Source: Candidatus Poseidoniaceae archaeon (lineage in GTDB: Archaea; Thermoplasmatota; Poseidoniia; Poseidoniales; Poseidoniaceae). Taken from it: a stretch of DNA of 64,000 bases. Made by a program: the position numbers and the translations under genes. Of the stretch, positions 58,906-64,000 are shown piece after piece. Every line of letters starts with the position of its first letter. Within the stretch, counting starts at the first letter, position 1. The notes beneath the pieces are model-generated. The model was given only the letters and a program-made list of their open reading frames with translations, was not told the origin of the DNA and ran no database searches. The stretch spans positions 32,001 to 96,000 of the forward strand of contig CBFIJH010000004.1 of assembly GCA_965662895.1 (NCBI GenBank), written 5' to 3'.

Positions 58906-60383
58906 TGCAGACAGAGATTTCGAGCAGCATAGACCTCATCGACTCGGCGAACAGGCGTCGTCGTCGGTGCATTATGGAGCGTTTCGGCATCGAGTTGCAG
59001 CACCTTGCAGAAGTCCTTCGCAAACGTGTCGAGTGTTTCTTTGGATTCCGTTTCCGTTGGTTCAATCATCATACACTCAGGAACGACAAGCGGGAAATAA
59101 ACCGTCGGTGCCATGTAACCCATATCAAGAAGTCCTTTTGCGACATCCATTGCTGATATTCCTAACGCTTCTTTCGCTGGTCCAAGTGAGAGGGTGAATT
59201 CGTGTTTCGCGACGACTGTGTCTGCACCATCAACGAAGAGGTGATCAACGCCAGCGGCTTTGGCTTCACGATGAATTGCATGACGAAGGTAATTCGCATT
59301 GAGAACAGCGTGTTCGGACATTGTTCGAAGTTCCTTACCATAGCGTCGATAATATGCCCAGCATCGTAAGACAGCACCCGCATTTCCGTGCCACTGTTGG
59401 ACTTTTCCGATGGTATGTTCGGGTTCATGCCACGTGTACCAATGCGCATCAACAGCTTGGGCAGCCTCTTCTCCAGTTGGCTCTCGTCGTGTTACAATTG
59501 GAGATGGTAAGAAGGCTGCTAGATGCTCCTTTACGCCGATTGGTCCTGAACCTGGGCCTCCACCACCATGCGGTTGGCTGAAGGTCTTGTGCAAATTGTA
59601 GTGAACCGCATCAAAGCCCATCAATCCAGGACTTGTGCGACCGAGAATCGCATTGAAGTTTGCTCCATCATAATACATCAAACCTCCAACATTGTGAACA
59701 ATTTCAGAAGCTTCAGCGATATCTTGCTCAAAAAGACCGAGCGTGTTTGGGTTTGTAATCATCATAGCAGCAGTGTCATCGCCGACAACAGCGCGCAGGG
59801 CTGCAAGATCGATTCGGCCATCGTCCTGACTTGGAATTTCGATGATTTCAAAACCAGCCATTGCAGCACTGGCAGGATTGGTCCCATGTGCAGAATCGGG
59901 TACAATGACCTTGGTACGATGATGTTCACCACGATGGCGGAAGTATTCTTGGAAACAACGTATTGCAGTAAATTCTCCTTGCGCACCTGCGACAGGTTGC
60001 AAGGTAACTGCATCCATTCCAGCACAGATTGCGAGCATTTCTTGCATCTCGTAGTAAATCGAAAGCAAGCCTTGCAGTTGATGTTCGGGCTGATGCGGAT
60101 GAATATCAGCAATTCCAGGGAGTTGTGCAATAACTTCGTTGACGCGAGGGTTGTGTTTCATTGTGCACGAACCCAGCGGATAGAAGCCTGTATCAATTCC
60201 AAAATTCCTCTTTGATAGCCATGTGTAGTGGCGAACCATTTCGGGCTCCGAAAGGCGTGGCCAGCGTGGAAGTTTCTTTCGAACCATGTTCGAAGGGATG
60301 CTCAATTCAGAGGCTGGTCGAAGTGGAGGAGGTTGTGCGTAACCTTTCCCTTCAGCGCCATAATGGTCAAACAAGCGACTCAA
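58884..60383 (-). CDS. gcvPB: Glycine dehydrogenase subunit 2
   Basis: 'YPLGSCTMKHNP', 'AGAQGE', 'SAHGTNPAS', PLP-Lys 'NLHKTFSQPHGGGGPG' and 'MIEPTETES'. TTG start overlaps the gcvPA stop, with a GGAGGTG SD. Confidence 0.96.
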   Translation of the reverse strand: MSRLFDHYGAEGKGYAQPPPLRPASELSIPSNMVRKKLPRWPRLSEPEMVRHYTWLSKRNFGIDTGFYPLGSCTMKHNPRVNEVIAQLPGIADIHPHQPEHQLQGLLSIYYEMQEMLAICAGMDAVTLQPVAGAQGEFTAIRCFQEYFRHRGEHHRTKVIVPDSAHGTNPASAAMAGFEIIEIPSQDDGRIDLAALRAVVGDDTAAMMITNPNTLGLFEQDIAEASEIVHNVGGLMYYDGANFNAILGRTSPGLMGFDAVHYNLHKTFSQPHGGGGPGSGPIGVKEHLAAFLPSPIVTRREPTGEEAAQAVDAHWYTWHEPEHTIGKVQQWHGNAGAVLRCWAYYRRYGKELRTMSEHAVLNANYLRHAIHREAKAAGVDHLFVDGADTVVAKHEFTLSLGPAKEALGISAMDVAKGLLDMGYMAPTVYFPLVVPECMMIEPTETESKETLDTFAKDFCKVLQLDAETLHNAPTTTPVRRVDEVYAARNLCLHHPFDDE

Positions 60384-61750
60384 GCAACCACCTCCTGAAC
60401 CCAATGCTCAAGTGCATGAACCAAACGATCGATGTCACGCTGGCTTGTTTGGTCGGTAACGGTTACGAGGATTTGATTCTCTTTGTCCACGTACCAGTTG
60501 GAGAGGTCAAAGCCTCCGACAACGCCTCGTTGTTCAAGATGAGCAAGACATGCAGAACTTGTACTGGGCAATTCGACAACGAATTCATTGAAGTGCGATT
60601 GGTCGTTGTAGGGTAAATTAAGCGACGCAATTGCTCCAAGTTGCTGTTTGAGTTGTTTGCAAGCAGCCATGTTACGGACTGCGAGATGCTCAAGGCCTTC
60701 TGGCCCAAGTAAGGACATGTGCATGGCACCCATCAGTGCGATGAGCGTCTCATTGGTGCATATGTTGGATGTGGCACGATGACGTCGAATATGTTGTTCT
60801 CGAGTCGATAGCGTGAGACAATAGGCTTCCTTTCCGTCGACATCGATGCTTCTTCCAACAATTCGACCTGGCATCAATCGTAGATAGGGTTTGGTACAAC
60901 CAAAGATACCGTAGAGAGGTCCGCCTCCCGTGATTGGGCTTCCCAGAGGTTGTCCTTCGCCGACAACGATGTCTGCGCCATAGTGGCCCGGTGCTTCAAG
61001 CAATCCAAGCGAAACAGGTTGAACACCGACAATCAATGCGGTCTTTTCACCGATGATTTCCTTGAGTGCAGGGTAACCGCCGTCAATAATACCGAGCGGA
61101 TTTGGTTGCTCGACGTAAACTGCACAGGATCCGTGGGCGCGCTTGACGTCATCGAGATTAATGCACCCATTTTCATCATGACGCAATGTTTTGACTTCGA
61201 TGCCAGCACCTTGACAATAGTTGTGAATGACCGAAACGCGGTCTGGCGGTGTCAACTCGGAGATGTAGACCGTATCTTTTTGCTCAGCTTTTCGATTATG
61301 AACACGAACAGCACATGTCAATGCTTCTGCAGCAGCTGTTGAACCGTCGTACAACGAAAGATTGGTGATTGGCATAGCAATAAGCTCAGAGACCAGCGAT
61401 TGGAATTCCCACATTGCCTGAAGCATGCCTTGGGAAACTTCGGGCTGATAAGGCGTGTATGAAGTGAGAAATTCTCCCCGGGTGACAAGTTGAAAAACGC
61501 TTGATGGAACAAAATTACGGTACAGTCCTGCTCCGAGGAAGGATGGTTGATTTCCAAGAGCGAGATTTGCTCCCAGCAAACGTTTTGCATCAGCAAGTAA
61601 TTCTTCTTCACTTTGTGCTTCAGGCAACGGTAAATCGTCATTCATTCGCACGGATTCGGGTACATCAGCGAACAAGGCATCAATGGATTCAACACCCATT
61701 TCTTTGAGCATTTCTTCTTCTCTTCCAAGGTTTGGTAACTGGTCGACCAT
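60380..61750 (-). CDS. gcvPA: Glycine dehydrogenase subunit 1
   Basis: 'FLGAG', 'EFLTSYTPYQPEVSQG', 'SLYDG' and 'REQHIRRHRATSNICTN'. Confidence 0.96.
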   Translation of the reverse strand: MVDQLPNLGREEEMLKEMGVESIDALFADVPESVRMNDDLPLPEAQSEEELLADAKRLLGANLALGNQPSFLGAGLYRNFVPSSVFQLVTRGEFLTSYTPYQPEVSQGMLQAMWEFQSLVSELIAMPITNLSLYDGSTAAAEALTCAVRVHNRKAEQKDTVYISELTPPDRVSVIHNYCQGAGIEVKTLRHDENGCINLDDVKRAHGSCAVYVEQPNPLGIIDGGYPALKEIIGEKTALIVGVQPVSLGLLEAPGHYGADIVVGEGQPLGSPITGGGPLYGIFGCTKPYLRLMPGRIVGRSIDVDGKEAYCLTLSTREQHIRRHRATSNICTNETLIALMGAMHMSLLGPEGLEHLAVRNMAACKQLKQQLGAIASLNLPYNDQSHFNEFVVELPSTSSACLAHLEQRGVVGGFDLSNWYVDKENQILVTVTDQTSQRDIDRLVHALEHWVQEVVA

Positions 61751-61833
61751 AGAGAACTCCCCCGCAGGCAAGTTCAACCAATCGCGTAGCGCTCATAATG
61801 TTCGTCATTGAACCGTCAAGAAACGGGTGCCGT

Positions 61834-62949
61834 CTATACAAAAGGAGGACGAATAATAACAGCACGGACCGATGAGCGAGGACTTGCCGCAATGAGAACT
61901 TCATCGCCTTCATTAACACCTGAGATGTATCCGATTCCAATTCCAGTGTTTCCGAGCGATGGCGAAGGAGCACCAGAGGTCAGTTGGCCAATTTTTTCTC
62001 CTTCGAGGGATAAGACAGCCTTTCCGGGTCGAGGAAGTGGGCCACGTTCAAGATATTTGATTCCCCACCAGCGCTCATCGGAGTCAGAATGCGACATCAC
62101 TCGGCTTCGTCCAATAAACGCATGATTCGTATCGAGGCCGAATGGAACGTTTGTTTCCCACGAATCACGAGCAAGGAATTTGTTCGAGCCATCATCGATC
62201 TCGGGCCATAAGAAATCAACACCTGAAAGTAGGTATCCCTTCTCGAGGCGCAGCGTGTCCCGAGCACCAAGCCCAACAGGCGTTGCGCCTGCATCAATCA
62301 GCGCACGCCACACGGATGCGACAGAATCGTTGGGCACGAAGATTTCGTAACCTGCCTCACCCGTGTACCCAGTTCCTTGTATCCATCCCGTCACATCGAG
62401 ATTGTTTTGTGTTAGCTGCGACCACCGGAAGCGCCCGACATGTTGACCCTCACCGAAAGCAGCGTCGAGATAGGTTTGGCTCTTCGGACCTTGAAGCGCA
62501 AGAATAGAGTATTCAGACGAAAGATTTTCGATGGATACCCCCGAATCGGAGGGGTTGCATCCTTGGAACCAATCCCACATCACGCCGATCATCGAAGCGT
62601 TTGGTACACCAAGTATTTCTGTATCCGATACAACTGCAAAAATCATGTCATCGATAATGTAACCATCGTGATCAAGAAAATGCGTATAGGCACATCTTCC
62701 GACTGGTATGTTTGTCACGTTCTGTGTTGCAACACTTTCCAACCACTGACGCACATTCGTTCCGCGAAATCGAAACGTCCCCATGTGCGAAACGTCGAAG
62801 AGACCGGCTGATTCTCGTGTTGCTATATGCTCTGCTTTGATGTTGGTGTACCAAATCGGCAGCTCGAAGCCGTGAAAGTCGACAAGGTTTCCATTCAAGG
62901 CAACATGCTCATCGTACAGCGCAGTTCTGACTATGTCTCCATCCGTCAT
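61834..62949 (-). CDS. gcvT: Glycine cleavage aminomethyltransferase
   Basis: 'RTALYDEH', 'GLFDVSHMG', 'ALQGP', 'TGYTGEAGYE' and 'GLGARDTLRLE'. Start moved to ATG 62949. Confidence 0.95.
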   Translation of the reverse strand: MTDGDIVRTALYDEHVALNGNLVDFHGFELPIWYTNIKAEHIATRESAGLFDVSHMGTFRFRGTNVRQWLESVATQNVTNIPVGRCAYTHFLDHDGYIIDDMIFAVVSDTEILGVPNASMIGVMWDWFQGCNPSDSGVSIENLSSEYSILALQGPKSQTYLDAAFGEGQHVGRFRWSQLTQNNLDVTGWIQGTGYTGEAGYEIFVPNDSVASVWRALIDAGATPVGLGARDTLRLEKGYLLSGVDFLWPEIDDGSNKFLARDSWETNVPFGLDTNHAFIGRSRVMSHSDSDERWWGIKYLERGPLPRPGKAVLSLEGEKIGQLTSGAPSPSLGNTGIGIGYISGVNEGDEVLIAASPRSSVRAVIIRPPFV

Positions 62950-62965
62950 TGAATTCACATCCGTA

Positions 62966-64000
62966 TCATGATTGAGGCAAACCACGTTCAATATCCTTTC
63001 CGAGTGAAACGACGCAATCAAGGAAGGCATCGAGCGATTCCTCGCTGATGTTCCTGTTGGCAATAACGGAACGCAAGATGATTTTGTCCTCGATTGTACT
63101 GCGACTAACCATAAAACGTCCATCCTGAATCAAACGTTGTCGCAATTGTGCGTTGATTCGGTTGAGTTCACTGTCGTCAGAAGAACCGACGTAGCGGAAG
63201 CAGACATTGGTCCACATCCTGTCGCTCACCATTTCCAAGGAGGGGTGTTCCTGGATTCGACCCTCAAGATAATTCGCCAATTCCATGAATCGTTCAAGCA
63301 TAGAAGCCCAGCCAGCATCACCTATTTCGCGCCATGCTAACCAAAGTTTGAGGGCGTCGTTTCTTCGTCCGCATTGGAGTGAGTAGCGCCCCAAGTCGAC
63401 ATCTTCTCCAGTTTCGATGTAAAGGTAGTGCGCAGTGTTGCCGTTCGAACAAACCGTTCGTAGTATCTCTTCATCCTTCACAATGAACGCAGAACAAATC
63501 AGAGGAATACCCATCATCTTGTGCGCATCCCAGCAGAAACTGTCAGCAAGTTCGATACCATCCATCAGAGAGCGGTACTGGGAGGAAAACAAGCATGATC
63601 CACCCCATGCAGCATCAACATGCATCCAGAGTTTATGTTTGTGAGCGATTGCAGCAATTTCACGCAATGGATCGAAACTCCCTCGTACGGTTGTACCGCT
63701 TGTTGCAAGGACTGCGAAAGGAATCTGCCCATCTCGAAGGCTACGTTCAATTTCCTCTTCGAGAGCGTCTGGACGCATTTGACCGTGTTCATTGCACCGC
63801 ACTTTGATGAGATTTGACCGACCTATACCGATTACATTGGATGCTATGTTGAACGAATAATGCGACTCCTCCGACACAAAAGCAACCATCTTTGTCCCAT
63901 CAAAGCCGGATTGGCTCGAGAGTGGTAATTTGGCTTGACGGGCGCAAAGCATACCGAGCAAGTTCCCATTCGATCCGCCTGTCGTTAGCGTGCCCTGACT
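62966..64000 (-). CDS. Group II PLP-dependent decarboxylase (GAD/CSAD-like), 5' part outside the window
   Basis: The frame stays open to the window edge ('GTLTTGGSNGN'); 'SHYS', 'GTTVRGSFD', 'HVDAAWGG', PLP-Lys 'DAHKMM' and 'QCGRR'. Confidence 0.9.
   Translation of the reverse strand, partial: SQGTLTTGGSNGNLLGMLCARQAKLPLSSQSGFDGTKMVAFVSEESHYSFNIASNVIGIGRSNLIKVRCNEHGQMRPDALEEEIERSLRDGQIPFAVLATSGTTVRGSFDPLREIAAIAHKHKLWMHVDAAWGGSCLFSSQYRSLMDGIELADSFCWDAHKMMGIPLICSAFIVKDEEILRTVCSNGNTAHYLYIETGEDVDLGRYSLQCGRRNDALKLWLAWREIGDAGWASMLERFMELANYLEGRIQEHPSLEMVSDRMWTNVCFRYVGSSDDSELNRINAQLRQRLIQDGRFMVSRSTIEDKIILRSVIANRNISEESLDAFLDCVVSLGKDIERGLPQS

Noticed and set aside
62950-63123. Extended GcvT N-terminus
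   Set aside because: It overlaps the decarboxylase 3' end; homology begins at 62949.

Overview
Gene-dense chromosomal segment of an archaeon, most likely Marine Group II (Ca. Poseidoniales, Thermoplasmatota). The inference rests on CDP-archaeol synthase, split archaeal GMP synthase, AglB, CCA-less archaeal tRNAs, GGTGA Shine-Dalgarno sites, a PGF-CTERM protein and many giant acidic surface proteins. I saw no mobile element, CRISPR array or rRNA. Housekeeping genes are purD, purE, guaAB, carS, gcvT/PA/PB, tRNA-Ile2(CAT) and tRNA-Asn(GTT). The rest is mostly cell-surface genes: 1.4-1.9 kaa secreted proteins, a three-gene type IV pilin-like operon, a wHTH-STAND-TPR regulator and a 3182-aa AglB fusion. 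The best candidate for an undescribed system lies between the two tRNAs (43.3-55.9 kb). It has a divergent HD dNTPase, then a membrane-anchored multi-OB-fold protein coupled to an orphan TctA-family permease, a six-lamin-tail-domain/PLD surface enzyme, a BI-1/YccA protein, a 2OG-Fe(II) oxygenase and a thymidine phosphorylase. I read this as a possible extracellular-DNA capture, uptake and salvage module. All family calls come from motif recognition by eye; no searches were run. Start codons were adjusted from the ORF track where noted.
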